Shown here: in pieces, positions 1 to 13,300 of the stretch
Position numbering within the stretch: position 1 is the first letter of the stretch
Layout of the letters: every line of letters begins with the position of its first letter
Origin: Bilabrum cf. latius
Lineage: Eukaryota
DNA length: 64,000 nucleotides
NCBI GenBank assembly: GCA_965178125.1
Contig: OZ237760.1
Span: forward strand, 248,001 to 312,000
Direction: 5' to 3'
The notes under the pieces: generated by a model
Databases searched by the model: none
What the model was told of the DNA's origin: nothing
What the model saw: only the letters and a program-made list of their open reading frames with translations
Program-made: the position numbers and the translations under genes

Positions 1-3000
1 CTCCCACGCCCACGCCCAGCGCCCATCCCCGTCATACCCACCATCCCCATCCCCACCCCCACCCCCCTTCCTATGCCCATGCCCCCTAGCCCCATCCCCA
101 TCCCCATCCCCATCCCCATCCCCATCCCCATCCCCATCCCCATCCCCCTTCCCCTTCCCATGCCCATCCCCATCCCCGGGTGTGCACCCAAGCCCGATCC
201 CGTGCCTACGCCATACATCCCAGAGCCACCTATTCCCTGCCACTGGCGAGCCCCCGCGCCGGCATAGCCCGCTGTCCTTGCCTGCGATGGCGCGCTGCTG
301 GCGTGGCTCGCCTTGCTACTCTTGCTGCTGGCCCCGCCGACACTGGCATTTGCCGCCCCAGGTGGGGCCGTGTGGGCCTGTGATGGCATACCGCTGCAGT
401 TCCCCACGCTCTGGTTCTCGTCGCGGCTCCTTGCGCCAGCATCCTGCAAGTCTTTGCTTTGGCTGCTGCCGTCACCGCTGTGCGACTGGCTGCTACCGCT
501 ATGACCGGCCTCCGCAGCACCAGCCTGCATGCCTTGCTACAGCAGCTCCTGCTGCTTCCTCATGTTGTGCTGCAGTGCAGTGATTGGGATGCCGACTCCC
601 AGGCTGGACCTCTCCTGCGCCAGCCGAATCATAGCCTGCTGCTGGGCGACCCGAGCCAGCTGCCACTGAGCCCACCCTGGCGTGCCGGGCTGGGGAACAC
701 GACCACCATGCCCCTCCATGGGGGGCTAAATTAAGCCAGCCCGCCCCACCCCTGCCCCTGCTCCCACTCCTGCAGCGGGGTACCCTGCTTCCCCGGCTCG
801 CTGCATCCAGTTGCTCTACATCTGCCTGGCCATGCGTACCCGGTGCTGCAGCTCAGGACTCATCTGATGCAGGTGCATGCTTTCCTGCGGGGCCAGGGCC
901 CGACTGTCCTGCAAGTGCTTCTGTGTCCCGGGGTACCCGTCCTCCATTAGAGCCTGACTGTTCCGCCCCTGCCCGTTCGCCTGCGCGCCGTACAACCCAT
1001 CGAAGCTGTAGGACCTGGCCCGGTCGCCGTCTGGCACCTGGCTCGCCATGCTGCCCGTGATCGAAGGCTCGCGCTCCCGCGAGCGCACGCTGCTTCCGCC
1101 ACCTCGCGGGGCGCTCAAGTCGTCTGTGTTCCCTGGCTGGCCCGCGTCCCCCAGGGCCTGGAGCTGCGCCTCGTGCTGCGGGCCCTGTCGTTGCAGGTTG
1201 CCCACGGATCCAGCCCCCGCAGACAGTCCGGAGGCGGATGCAGTGCCGAGAGGGGACGCCGTCATTTCCCGTCTAGGAACAGCAAACGCGCCCGGACCCG
1301 GTCCAGCACCTCCGTCCAGCGCTCCGCCCGAAAGGTACTTGCTGACCGAGTTGGCACCATCCTCATCGTTGTCCTGGTTGCTGGGTGCCCCTGACTCTTG
1401 CGGCGTGTCGTCCAGTCCTGCCCTCTTGCCCGTCCTGCCGGCTGGAAGAGGTGCGGTATCAAAGAGTCGGCTGGTGGAAGTGGAAGTGGTCGCATTCGGC
1501 TGGGAAGATGCAGCCGAAGTGGAGACGCCAGCGCCTGATGCTAGAGCGGAAGCATGGCCCTGGCCCTGACCCTAGCTCTGTACGGCAGTGCCATGCACTG
1601 GGCCTTGACCCGCCGCTCTATACTTGGCATCAGCTAGCCCGACAGGCACCTCATCCTCGTCTGACGAATCGCTGCCTGAGTTGGAAGCACCGCCCGATGC
1701 ATCGCCACCGCTAGCACCACCTTGACTCGATTCGCGGAGCCCCCTCTCCCTCTCCCTCTCTATTCGCTCGAGCTTGCGCTTCTTTCGCCTAGCAGCTCTC
1801 GCCTTGATGGCAGCGCGGTACCTATCTTCTTCACCTGCCGTGCTGCGGGACTGCCTGGATGGGGCTAGGGGTATGGCACTGCCTTGCTTCGATTCATCCA
1901 TATGGGTGGAGCTTGGTGGCACGCCACTTGATGCACCGCTGGTCTGCTCGATGGTGCCAGCTGCGATGCCGTGGCGATCAGCACCGGGTCGGGTGCTTCT
2001 CCTCAGTGTTTCGTTGATCAGTGCCAGGTTGGGCGCACTGGCGAGTGTCATTGCCTTGCTCTCACCTGTGAGCGAAGAGCTTACCGACTTTGATGGAATG
2101 GACGCCTTGTGGTCGGAGTTTGGCTTGCATGATGACGACGACTGGCTGCTGGCGGATGCTGCATCCATCGGCGCATGCCCCTTGCGCTCCTGGCTGTCCG
2201 GCGGCTGCATCCCTTGCGTACTGCGTTTGGCTGCGGCCTCGTGACCCGCATTGGCAGGCGGCCTGTCGTTATCATCGCCGTCTTCTACCACGTGACTGCC
2301 GCTGTCGCTGGCCGAAGACGAGCTCGTCTGGGCCGCAGGATCGGTCACCTGCTGCTGGTCCACGGGGTTGCTGGCTGCGCCTGGGGCCGCAGATGCAGTT
2401 CCACCAGCCGCGCCGGATCCTGGGGCAGATCCGGTCACGTCTGACGCAATGGCACGATCTTTCTGGCCGGATGGCTAGCCCGAGCTCGGTGCCAAGTGCT
2501 ATGCCTGGGCCCCAGCCGCGCCTGTATTCTCCTTCGCCGCAGCAGCGATCCCAAGCGGAGGCCCGCCTAGCCCATGCACGTGAATATCGGGTCGGGGCGG
2601 CTCGGGCTCCTTGTCCCTCATCTCATGGAAGGACTGCCTCCCTAGCAGGGTCTGCACGGTAACCTTGGAGGCCGCATCATCGTCATCGTCCTGCAACGCG
2701 CCCTCGTTGTTGGCACCCGCCTGTGGTGGGGCCTTGTCTTGCGCCATTCCTGCGGCGTGAGCCTGCTGTATTCCAGGACCTCCGTGGTGTCCGGTTGCAG
2801 AGCGCGGCGAGCGCGGCGGCCCGTGCTACTACTTCCTGCCGAAGTAGCCAGCACCGGGTGCCAGAATCCCGCCTCCCCCTAGTGGTACCTGCTGGTGGAG
2901 CTACGCGTGCGGCATCTGCCCCGGGAAGCTTCCGGCATGGCTGGGTCCTTGCGGTGAGTACTACATCGAAGGAGGGAGAGGCATTGCGTTACCCCCAGCC

Positions 3001-6000
3001 AGCGCCTCCCAGCTCCCATGCGGAGCATGCTCACCGCCGGTCCGACTTGCCGCGGACCCGCTGTTCTGAGAACGATCGTCTGCAGCCATGGGGTCTCCTG
3101 AGACCGCGGATGCAGCTGAGCTCCCGTCGGGGGTGGTGCCTCGCGGCAGATCTGCTCCGTGCGACGGCACAATCGCACTCAGGGGCTGAATCCCCGGCGG
3201 CATGCCCATCTGGCTGGCCATGCGCATGCGGTGCTGCTGCGCATACCTATCCAGCGCCTTTTCCTTGGACTCCTTGGACAGAATGGTATCTTTGGATGCT
3301 CCCGATCGCACGGAGGCAGACGGAAACCCGTGCTGAGGACCGCGCGCACCGGCACCTAGGGTGTCAAGCCCCCAGCCAGTGAGAGACATTTGCTCGTGTC
3401 CCGGCACCGGCCCTGCAGTAGGAGGGTACGGCTCTGCGAGTGGGCTAGGGCCCGAGCCCGGCATACCCATTCCCATCCCCATACCCATCCCCATGCCCGT
3501 GCCCATGCCCATGCCCATTCCAGCGCCCGCACCCATACCCATCCCAGCACTCATGTCCATGCCGCCGCCCAGGCTGCCATCACCGAGCCCGCCGGCCCCA
3601 TATCCCATCAGGCCGTAACCGGCACCAGTGTTAGATGCAAGCATAGACTCGAGTTGCAGCGCCTGATGTTGCTGCAGCAAGTGCATGTACTGCGCATGCA
3701 TCTGTTGCGGGGTGGCGAATGTGTCCCCGAGAGGGCCAGAGGAGGGCAGGTTGTTCAGCTTGCTGCCAGAGCTCCTTGTGGACCCGGTCTCATCGAGCTA
3801 TCTAGGGTGATCGTCACCACCAGGAGCTCCATCCCCACCCAATGGAGGGCTCCCCGGCCAATGGCCATCCCCGGGCACCTGCTGCAGATGCTGCCACGGC
3901 ATACTGCGCTGCTGCTGCTCCATCTGTTCCCGCAGCTGGTGGGCCTCATGTAGCTGCCTCTGCTGCTGCATCTGTTCCCGCAGCTGGTGGGCCTCATGTA
4001 GCTGCCTCTGCTGCTGCATCTGCAGGTCCATCTGCATCTGGTACTAGGGCGGCATGCCAGAGTCACCAGCCCCTGGTAGAGACCCCAGAGGAAGCCCACC
4101 GGGGGCGGCAATACCATCCGGACCGAATCCCTGGCCGAACTGGGCGGGGTGCGGGTACAGACTGCCAAGGTATCCACCTCCACTGAGACCGGCGGAGCGA
4201 ACGTTCCTTGGCCCAGCCAGTGCCTGCCGCCTCGCGCTGGAGATGGCAGCTGCGTCGGGGGGAGGAAGTGCCATGGAGGCGGGCTGCTCTCCAGAGGCCT
4301 CGCCATCGCCCTCGCCGTCCAGAGCAGCCGTGACGTTCGACAGCATCAGCAGGCGACTCAGGCCCTGGTCCTCTTCCTTGTTCCCTGAATTTCGACGAGT
4401 TTGACCACCCCTACGTACCCCGTACCCGTCGTCCCCGTCGGAATACCCCCCGCCGTCAAACCGCTTGGGAGGCTTCGCTCTCCTCCCAGTGGGTCCCACA
4501 CGACGCGCACCACCAGTCCTAGTCCCAGTCCCACTCCCTGTTTCTGTTCTCCTTCTCTTCCCCCTGTGCTCCTCTCCATCCTCCCATTCCTCTCCTTTAC
4601 CCCTAGATGAAGTGCTTCCCCTCCCAGCCCCATCGGCCCATTCACCCCTCCTTCTCACCGAGCCGATGCCGGGGCCATCGCGGGTCCCCTTCGCTCGCCT
4701 GCTGCTGCTCCCCCCTATGGCCGACGAGGCCGAGGATGCCACCGAAGAATTCGAAGAGGATGCCGAGGATCCCGCCCGTCGCTTGGAAACGGGAACGCCA
4801 TACGCATCGTAGCCCTGGAGCATTCCAACCGCGCTGCTGATTGGGCGCTTGCCGCCCTTGCCCTTGCCCTTTCCCCTGCCCTTGCCTTTCCCTTTGCCCT
4901 TGCCCTTACCTTGACCCGATTGGCGCGCTTGTACAGCGCTGAGGATGGCACCATACTTCTCCTGCATGTCGTGTTCAGCCTTTCCGGCGAGTTCTGCGTA
5001 CTCTCCCGTGAGACCGATACCAGACAGCGACGTCTTGCATAGGGGCTTGCCGACCTTGAGCTGGCCCCGCTTGACCATGTCTACCAGCTCGTTTGCCATG
5101 GTTTTCAGGCGGCTGACTAGCCGCAAGCTCGACTCAAAGTGGGCTCCAGACTCTATTCGACGCTTGATTGCCTGCCGTTCACGCGAAAGCTGGGCGATCG
5201 CAGCCGCATGCGAGGTGTTCTGAATGTCTCGCTCGGCAGCTGATAGCTCCTGCCACCTCTGTTGCCACTTGCGCTACAATGGAAGCCACACCCGCTTTCT
5301 CTCATTTCTAAAGTAGTCGTTCAACTACGGGATCTTGATGTGCAAGGCTTCGCTGAGAGCCTGCCTCTCCGGCGTCGTCAAGTAGGGGTGCAACCAATTC
5401 GAGGGCGTTGCAATCCACCTACGGAGTGTATTTGTGACCGCTGGGTCCAACCGGGTATCATGGCTAACTCTATCACAATAATCTGGTGGCGATGGAAAGT
5501 ACAGGGTTTGCTGCGAGGTACTATAATGGGCACTTGAGCTCGCAACGTGATGGTCGCGACCGCAGGAGCCTTGAGCGACGCGATGGGCACATGAGCTCGC
5601 AACTCACCTTCGGTGGCTAAAATTTGTCGCCAGATGGAAGCTAAACCACTACCTCGAACAATCCTGGTATGATGACGTGGTCGCCAGTCTGTAGCGGCTG
5701 CTGTTCACTACCAGTCGACGGCGTTGGCGGCGTCGGCTTGTACTCAGGTGGCAACGGCGCAAACGCAGTGCTACTGTCAGAATGTAAATTAGGTCTGTGC
5801 TAAGCAAGCATTCCAGATGCAACATCAGCTACCTGGCTCTCGGATCCTCCAGCAGTTTGAGGTGATACACGATTCAAGCGCCTTTGCTTGAGCATCTCGG
5901 CGACCTCATGCGGCACGCGCACACGAATCCGACCGGTATAGCTACTTTGAGTCATTTCCATGTTGGTTCTTTGGTTGGATGCAAAAGGGTGCTGCGACAT
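1..6000 (-). CDS. TALE-class (KN-type) homeodomain protein with long Gln/Gly/Met-rich low-complexity tail; 3' end lies outside the window
   Basis: Minus ORFs 537-719, 816-1265, 1572-2438, 2499-2747, 2961-3701, 3798-4037 and 4044-5126 share one frame and are separated by TAG. The same frame upstream reads RLDPAVTNTLRRWIATPSNWLHPYLTTPERQALSEALHIKIP(TAG)LNDYFRNERKRVWLP (about 5280-5455), a TALE homeodomain. Predicted phase-0 intron 5607-5511 (GTGAGT...CGCAG); probable ATG at 6000. Confidence 0.8.
3921..4023. repeat. 48-bp coding tandem repeat (about 2 copies, MQQQRQLHEAHQLREQ)
   Basis: Direct duplication visible within the homeobox gene; Gly-Met dipeptide runs also occur at about 1-175 and 3460-3550. 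Confidence 0.8.
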
Positions 6001-6435
6001 TTGAGGGAAATTCAACAGGTGCGCCTGACCTAGTGCGTTCGGCTGCGGCGGAATCAATTTATCCCACTCCCACTTGATTAACTGGTAATCCCTTGCTACA
6101 ATTCTACTATGTGACTCACAATTCTTGCTACAACTCGATGAAATTAAGTATTTCTAGGTGGTGTGCAGCAAAGTTGGGCCTCTTTGTCGACCGGACCATC
6201 ATCGGGATCTTGGTCGCAACAGCGACCGAACCCGGCTCGTCAGCCAGTTTCCGTTCGAAGTGACTAGATACATGCGCGCAAAACGTTCCTGTTATCCCTT
6301 TTCCATACACGCATACTTTCATAATGCTCGATACGCACATCATGCAAGGCCTGGTACCATACGGACTCGAGCAAAGGCAAAAGGGCATGATTGACTGTAG
6401 ATCTAGCCTGTCGCTCCTCCCCTCTCGCCTGATCA

Positions 6436-7628
6436 TCAGAGCCGCTTCAGGCCCTTCTTTGATTTCTTCTTGGATGGCCTATCTGCCTTGACTCCAGCAC
6501 CCGTTGACTTCCCGCTGGCCTTCTTGCTCCCTCGTTTTCCTGTCCCTGCAGTGCCAGCTACGGAGCCCCGCACGTCCGACAGAGGACCGCCAGCCGCTCG
6601 CCGAGAAGAAGAAGCAGCAGAAGCTGCTGCCTTCTTAGCAGCAACCCCCGATGCTTCGGAGGCAGCGGCAACCCGCCCTGCACCTGCACCAGACCCTGAT
6701 TTGCCCGTTGGTGCAGATGGTGCCCCAGAGGGCGTGGGTGCCGAGGCACCGCCTCCTGCCCCCCCTGACGCAGCTCCTGCCCTACTTCCCGCCCCCGAGG
6801 AGAGCCCCTCACCCTCGCCCTCAGTCCCACCCTTGCCCTTGGCTTTGCCTGCCCGTGCGGCTTTCCTCCTCGCAGCCCCTGACACCGCATGCACCTGGGT
6901 GAGGAGAGTTGCCCTCTTGGCGTACTCGTCATAGCTCTCCATGAACAGCTTCCCAGCCTCCTCGTTGAGACTTGACTCGGGGAACGGCACGATGAGCAGA
7001 CACCTGATCACCTGCAGCACGTGTGCGAGCGTGTGCTCGGGCTTCCAGTCCCGCTTCAGCGTGTTGACGCAGATCTCGCCCTCGGGAGATACGTTCGGAT
7101 GGAATATTTTAGTCATGAATCGGCCCTTGGGAGGAGCCGCGGGGAATTCTGACCCTAGACGGAGCACAACCCGGAAGCTGCCGCCCACGAATGGTGTCTC
7201 CTCTGCGAGCGCCGGGATGATCGGTAGAAGGCATGAGCAGAGACTTTTCCGGGTGCACATTATTTGTGATATTTTGTTTTCTACCAAAGTATGCCCGTGG
7301 AGTACTCGGGCGCAGCTTAAGCCGTGTGCTGACTGCCGCGCAAAACCTCCTTGTACGCCGAGCAGAACTTCTCACCAGGACCACTGATTTCCGCATGGAT
7401 TTCAGTAAGGGAGCCTTTCTCAGGTATATATTTGATGCCATCCAGTGGCTTAACAACAAGCTACTTAATCTGACGAGCAACTGCTCGCATCACAACCGGT
7501 GGAAGGTTTTCAGCTGCCTGCGAGCAGTTGCGCGAGAGTTAGTTTCGGTGCCTTTCTTTCTATTCGCGGCACATCTTCGGAATACTACACTCGACCTCAT
7601 TGTAATCCTTGTCTCTGATTCTCACCAT
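6436..7628 (-). CDS. UBE2S: Ubiquitin-conjugating enzyme E2 S (303 aa, 3 exons)
   Basis: Exons 7628-7626 (ATG only), 7517-7376 and 7202-6436; introns GTGAGA...CGCAG. Protein [19 protein letters not shown](TAG)[11 protein letters not shown]...[12 protein letters not shown]...[22 protein letters not shown]...KKGLKRL-TGA. It has the HPN motif, the catalytic Cys and the basic LKRL tail typical of UBE2S. In-frame TAG at 7463-7461. Confidence 0.92.
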
Positions 7629-7759
7629 CTCAATTATTTTTGCAAGACACTCACGAATGTATTGCGCGCGAACCGTCATGAAGCGGTTCCGCTGGCAAGT
7701 TGCGCGGCGCCAAAGGAACATGTCGATGATGTTTTAACCTCAGCCATTTAATATTTGGG

Positions 7760-10177
7760 ATGTCTGCACCGTCGTGGCAAGACTCTGATGCTTGTGTCCT
7801 CATTGATAGTTCGTCTCTCCTGACCTCATGGTCGTGTGTTGTGAGGCCGTATGCTCCATTGATTGATTCAAGTGCAGTTGCACATTTTGTATGACCAGGT
7901 GTGCTCGATGTACTGCCCATCCCGCTTGCTGCGTACGCAGGGCCAGTCAGTGGAGCAAACATGTTCTATTGATACAACTGCCAAGGACCTGCCTTCTATA
8001 ACTAGCGTTTCAGCTGCGCGTGTCGGCAAGAAAGGCACTATGGTTGCTGTTGCAGGGCTCAGCTCTGGTGGGCTAGCCGTCGTCGATTGCACACGAGGAG
8101 TAATACAAGAAGAGTTAAACGATCCAAGCAGCAATATGGGCTCTGCGGTACGCTGCATGGCTGCGTTGGGCTCCACAATGTTCGTTTCAGATGAATCCAG
8201 TCCTGCCGTCAGGTCATGGGACCTGTCTGCCTCTGGAGGCGTCAAGGCCGGACCCGAGATCAAGCCGTTCAGTGACGGCGCTCCCACTGGAATCGCGGCG
8301 ACGCGCGTACCGCGCTCCGCGACTGCCTCCAAAGCATCTTCCTCGTCCTCGGCAGCTGCTGCCAGGGGCGCCGGCCACGGCAGCAGCGGGGTGGTAGCTG
8401 GCGACGGGCTTCTGTTCGCCGCGCGAACGTCCCTCAGAATGCTCCGGCCCTCGGATGGGAAGCCCCTGCTGGAGTTGTACGGGCATGCGTCCGAGGTTCG
8501 CGCTGTGGCTGCCTCTGCTGACGGCGTGAGTTGCTTTCCTTGGCTGCCTCCTTTGCTGCCTCCTTGGCTGCCTCCTTGGCTTTTTTCTTGGCTGCCTCCT
8601 TGGCTGCCTCCTTGGCTTTTTTCTTGGCTGCCTCCTTGCCTGCCCTGCACACTCCCTTTCCACATCCACCGGACCCCATCTCATCCCACTCCATCCATCC
8701 CACTCCATCTCTCACCCAACCGCAGGCCATGGTGGCCACCGCTGGCAGCGATGGCGTGCTTAATCTGTGGTCCGTGAGCGCCGCCGTGGATGCAGCGGAC
8801 TCCTTGGCCGCAGACGCTGCCGCTGGGGTGTCCGCCTCCGGCAAGAAGAAAAAGAAGAAGAAGCGCCGCAGGTCCAAGTACGAGGGCGTCCGGGCGTCGG
8901 TGGCACCGTCTGCTACGCTGTCGCTGCCTGAACCAGCCGAGAGGCTCATCTTGCTGGGCAGCGGTGCGGATGCGGGGGCCGGGACGGGGGCGGCAGCGAT
9001 GTCCGACGATGGCGATGACGAGGAAGCGGGACAGGGCTTGGAATCCGGGTCCGATGCGGGATACGTGATCGTGGCCTTGCTGCGTGGGGGCGGTGTGCAC
9101 GTGGTGTCGGTGTCTGGCAAGCTGTCAGTGCTTGGTGACGCGAGCGTGCAGGGACTCGGCGCGAACGTGCGTGCCGCGTTCCTCTGCGGCGACTCTCTGA
9201 CCTTTGTCACAGGGGTGGGCGCGAGCCCGAGCACCCAGGTGGTGAACGCCCTGGGTGCAGGTGGGGAGATATCCGCCGCTGTGCTGCGACCCAAGGACGC
9301 GGGAGGGGTGACCTCATCGGGGGCTGCCGCTGCTGGATCCAGGGCGGGTGCATCTTCGAGCCGCCCGGATGCGGCCGCGGCGGCAGCAGCCTCTGCGAGC
9401 GGCGACGCGATCCCGTCGATCGGAACTGGTGCTGCGATGATGGACGTGGGCTCGGATGGCGAGGACCAGGAGGACGATTAGGATGAGGAGGATGGGTCTA
9501 CCCGCGCGGCCAAGAGGCCGAGGACGATGCTTGAGGAGGCGGTGGGCGGGGCAGAAGGTCCGTCCATTGCTGAGAGGCTGGCAGCCATGGCGGCTGCGTC
9601 GGCCGTAGACGAGGATGTGGAAGAGGAGGACGAGGATGAGGATGGAGACAGCGACGAAGAGGAGGAGGAGGGCAGAGGACGGGCAGGCCGTGGCAGGAGG
9701 AGCAAGAGCAGGCGATTCGATGCCATCGCTGGCACGACTGCCGTGCCCCTTGCTCAGGCGGCCTAGGTCAAGGACAACACGCTGCTGGAGAAGTGCCTGC
9801 AGGGCACTAAGAAATCCATGGTGGCCCCGACAGTGGCCGCGCTGCCTCCCGACGCGGTGCTGCCTCTCGTCGGCATGCTTGCCAAGCGTTTCCAGGCCAC
9901 TCCCAGCAGGGGGGCGGAGCTGACCCCTTGGCTGCATGCCCTGCTGACTCTGCATGCGGGGCAGCTCATTGGGGCTCCGGACCTGGCGCGTCACCTGAGT
10001 CCGTTGTACCACGCGGTGGACTCTAGGCTGTCGGTCTTCCGCAAGCTGCTGCGGCTGTCGGGCCGCCTGCAGATGATGCTGGCATAGGTGGAGGGCACAT
10101 CGACTCTGGCGGCGGCCGCTGCTGGGGCTGGAAAGGCCAAGGCCAGCAAACCGCAGGTTGTGGAAATTGATTTCTGA
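7760..10177 (+). CDS. WDR43: WD40 + Utp12/Dip2-domain small-subunit processome protein (WDR43/UTP5-like), about 705 aa
   Basis: Exons 7760-7840, 7941-8525 and 8726-10177; both introns phase 0, GTGAG...CGCAG. WD motifs GHASEVRAV...TAGSDGVLNLW. C-terminal LAQAA(TAG)VKDNTLLEKCL...PWLHALL..H...RLSVFRKLLRLSGRLQMMLA(TAG). In-frame TAG at 9479, 9764 and 10085; ends TGA. Confidence 0.82.
8539..8640. repeat. Intronic 12-bp minisatellite (TTGGCTGCCTCC-like) in WDR43 intron 2
   Basis: About 8 degenerate copies within predicted intron 8526-8725. Confidence 0.8.
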
Positions 10178-10347
10178 GTTTCTATGTCACGTTTCTTGAT
10201 CTTCACAAGTGGCCAAGCTGGGCCACTGGCGCAAGGCTATCTTTTCAGAATCGGGTCTGATCCGCCAAGGTTTACTACACTCAGTAGTATTGCTTTGCAC
10301 ATTTTCAGCTTTTCTCGATTCAAGTACAGCATCCTGGATGGCCTGTC

Positions 10348-13300
10348 TCAAGACAGGCCTGCCTGCTGCCTCGCCCTAGCCATGAGCGCCTGCGCCGCAG
10401 CTTTGCCTTTGCCCCCGTCACTGCTCTGCATCGCACCACCTTCCGACCCATTCGGAGGCTTGCCCTGCATCCTCGCCACCTGTGCTCGCCACTCTTGCTG
10501 CTAGCCCTAGGGCGAGTTGCCGGCCTATCGACCCGCTGGCGAGGGCGCCACGTCCCCACCGCTGCCCCTGGTAATTCCTGGGAGCGGTCGCATTCCCACT
10601 AGATCATCTTCGCTGCTGCCACTTGCACCGCCGCCAGTGCTGCTGCCGGCCGCGCCACTCACCGACTGCCCCGACCGCTCCATGCCGTCGCCGGCCTGCT
10701 TCGATTCAGTGCCGCCGCTTTTCCCACTCTTGGATCCGCCCCCACCTAAGTGGTTGACCACCTTGACATCTGCCCAGGGATCTGTACCACCGATTCGGTC
10801 GGCCATCTGCCTCGCGGCCAGCCTGGCAGCTTTGGCGCTGCCGCCTCTTTGAGTGGGTGAGCTGGAGTCAGGCTCCCCCGGCCCAACACGAGAGTGCCTA
10901 CCGGCTTGTTCCCTGGCCATGGGGGCAGAGGCCCGCCCCATTGCGTCCTCGGGTCCCCCCACGGGCAGCCGCTGCCCTATCGAGCTGCTGCTGCTGCGCG
11001 ATCGTTGCAGGCCTGGACCGCTTGGCTACTCCTGCGCTGCAAACCCGGTACTTCCCTGCCGTCTCCGGGCCAGCAGCTCCTCAGTCCGTTGGGCAACTGC
11101 CTGGGCACGGGTGACAGACGCTGCACCATCCCCGGATGAACCCGCATCTGCCCCGTAGTCCGCTCCGTTAGCCGCGCGAGGGCCGGCCGTCTACCTGTAG
11201 GGTGAGGATCCGGCGCTCCTCGATGGCTGGCCCAATGGACTGAGCTTTCTGCCGTTCCAGGGGGCCCCTCCACCACCTGCACTGTTCTCTCGCGAGAGTG
11301 TGCCCGACCCACCCATGGAGGGGGCTGCTGCTCTCGACCCAGCTTGCCCAGTAGCGCCCCAGGCCTCTACGGAGGTGACCAGTGCAGCACCACCCCCACC
11401 CCCGATAGACGAATGGAAGGAAGCTGGTGTGGGCGGCACCGTGTTGGATGGGTCGAGAGCCGTGCCGCCTGTCATCCCACGCCTGCTGCCCGCCCCACGA
11501 CCCCCCTCGCCACCCCCAGCCGTCTGCACCGCGGCTCTCCGCCTCCACAGCGCGGCCTCCCTCTGCCACGCAGACGCCCTGCCCTCCGCCTCATCGGCTC
11601 TCCTCCTTTGCCGCCCCGCTTCTTCCTCCGCCTCTGTTGCTGCTCTCGATCCCGCCTCTGCCTCCCTTCTCACCGCGGCTCTCAGCCTCGTCTTCTCCGC
11701 AGAGGCCTCCTCTATAGTCGAGGCCGCCTCCCGGGCCGCCTGGCGGGCTTCCCTGAGAGCCTTACGAAGGCCCTCTGTCTGTTCCCTGGCCTCGGCGGCC
11801 TCTCGACGCCGCTCGTCCGCGTCTGCAGCGGCGGTTGCTGCGGCCTCCGCTGCTGCCTCCGCCTCTGCTCTCCACCTTCTCGCCTCGTCGTGGGCCTCTT
11901 CCAGCAAGCCCTCGGTCTCGCCCGCCCGCCGCCGCACCTCGTCAGCCTGCATGCCCTCCCGCCGGGCCGCCTGCAGTTGTTCCCTGAGAGCGCCACACTC
12001 CTGCTCCAGCGACTTGGTCTTGTTCTCTGCTTGTTCTAGACGCGTGTGTGCCGCCTTGGACTCCTCTTCTGCTGCATCGAGCCGTCGCTCCGTGTCGGCA
12101 GCCGCCTGTAGCCTTGATTCTGCCTCTTTCTTCGACTCATTCGCAGCCGCTGCAACCTTCTGGGCCGCATGCAGCGCACTCTCCGCCTCGTTAATCCTCT
12201 CGTCCTTGTCATTGACCGCTTGTCTCAGCTTCTCCGTCTCGCCCTGCAGCCTCTGCACCTCCTCGGCTGCCTGTGCCCTGGCCTGCTCCACCTCCTGCAG
12301 CAGCCCCATCATTCCCTGCTGCTCCTCTTGCGCCACCTGACCCGCTTCCTGAAGGCCGGCCGCCCTTCCCTGCTGCATGGCCTGTTCCGCCCTGGCTCCC
12401 GCTTCCTGTGCGCGCTGCTCCGCCGCAACACGCCTGGCTTCAGCCTCTCCTGCCCTCTATTTCCAGGTCGCGATGGCTCGCTTGGCACCTGCGATTCCTT
12501 CATCCCTGTCCTCGAGCTGCTGCCTTAGAGCGTCCGCCTCCTCCTTCGCAGATCGTAATTCCTCCTGCCCCTGCCGCAGCTCAGCGGTCGCCTGCCCGCG
12601 CTGCGCGGTTGCCTGATCCAGCTTGGCTCCCAGCTCTCGAAGCTGCTGCGATGTCCGTTCGCGCGCTTTCACCATCCCGTCCTCCCGTTTCGAAGCGGCC
12701 TCTCTGGTGTCGTACAGCTCTGTCCGGAGCGCCTCAACCTCCTTCTGCCTCCGCTCCAAATCCGACTTGAGGTCTGCTTCCACCCTGCGCGCCTTTGCCT
12801 GCAGCTCGTCCCTCTGGTCCTTCATCTTGAGCCGCAGTCTGCTCATCTGCTCCTTGATCTCGGACACCTCCGCGCCGACAGACGCCAGCTTCTTTGCCTC
12901 CGTGTGCTGGATCGACTCTGCCTCCCGTTTCGCCGCCCGCTTCGATTCCTGCAGCTGCTCCTCCGCTGCATCCGCCCGGTCCTTGGCACCTCGCAGCAGC
13001 TGCTCCAATTCGCTGACTCTAGCCTGCAGCCTCGCAGCCGCCTTCTCTTTTTCTTCCGCGGTTCGCTCTGCCTCCTTGCGAGCGGCCTTGGCCGTCTGTG
13101 CCTCAGCATCTGCCTCCTTGCCTGCCTCCACCGCCGCCCTCAGCTAGATCTAGGTTTCGGCAAGACTGGTGCCGATCGACACTCTTGAGGACCGTTCGGC
13201 CTCCAATTCCTTTGTATAGGCATTGGCTTCTCTGCGGGCAGCCTCGGAGGCTTCTTCTGCCCGTTGGCGTTCCTCCTATGCCCGCGATAGCCTCTGTCGC

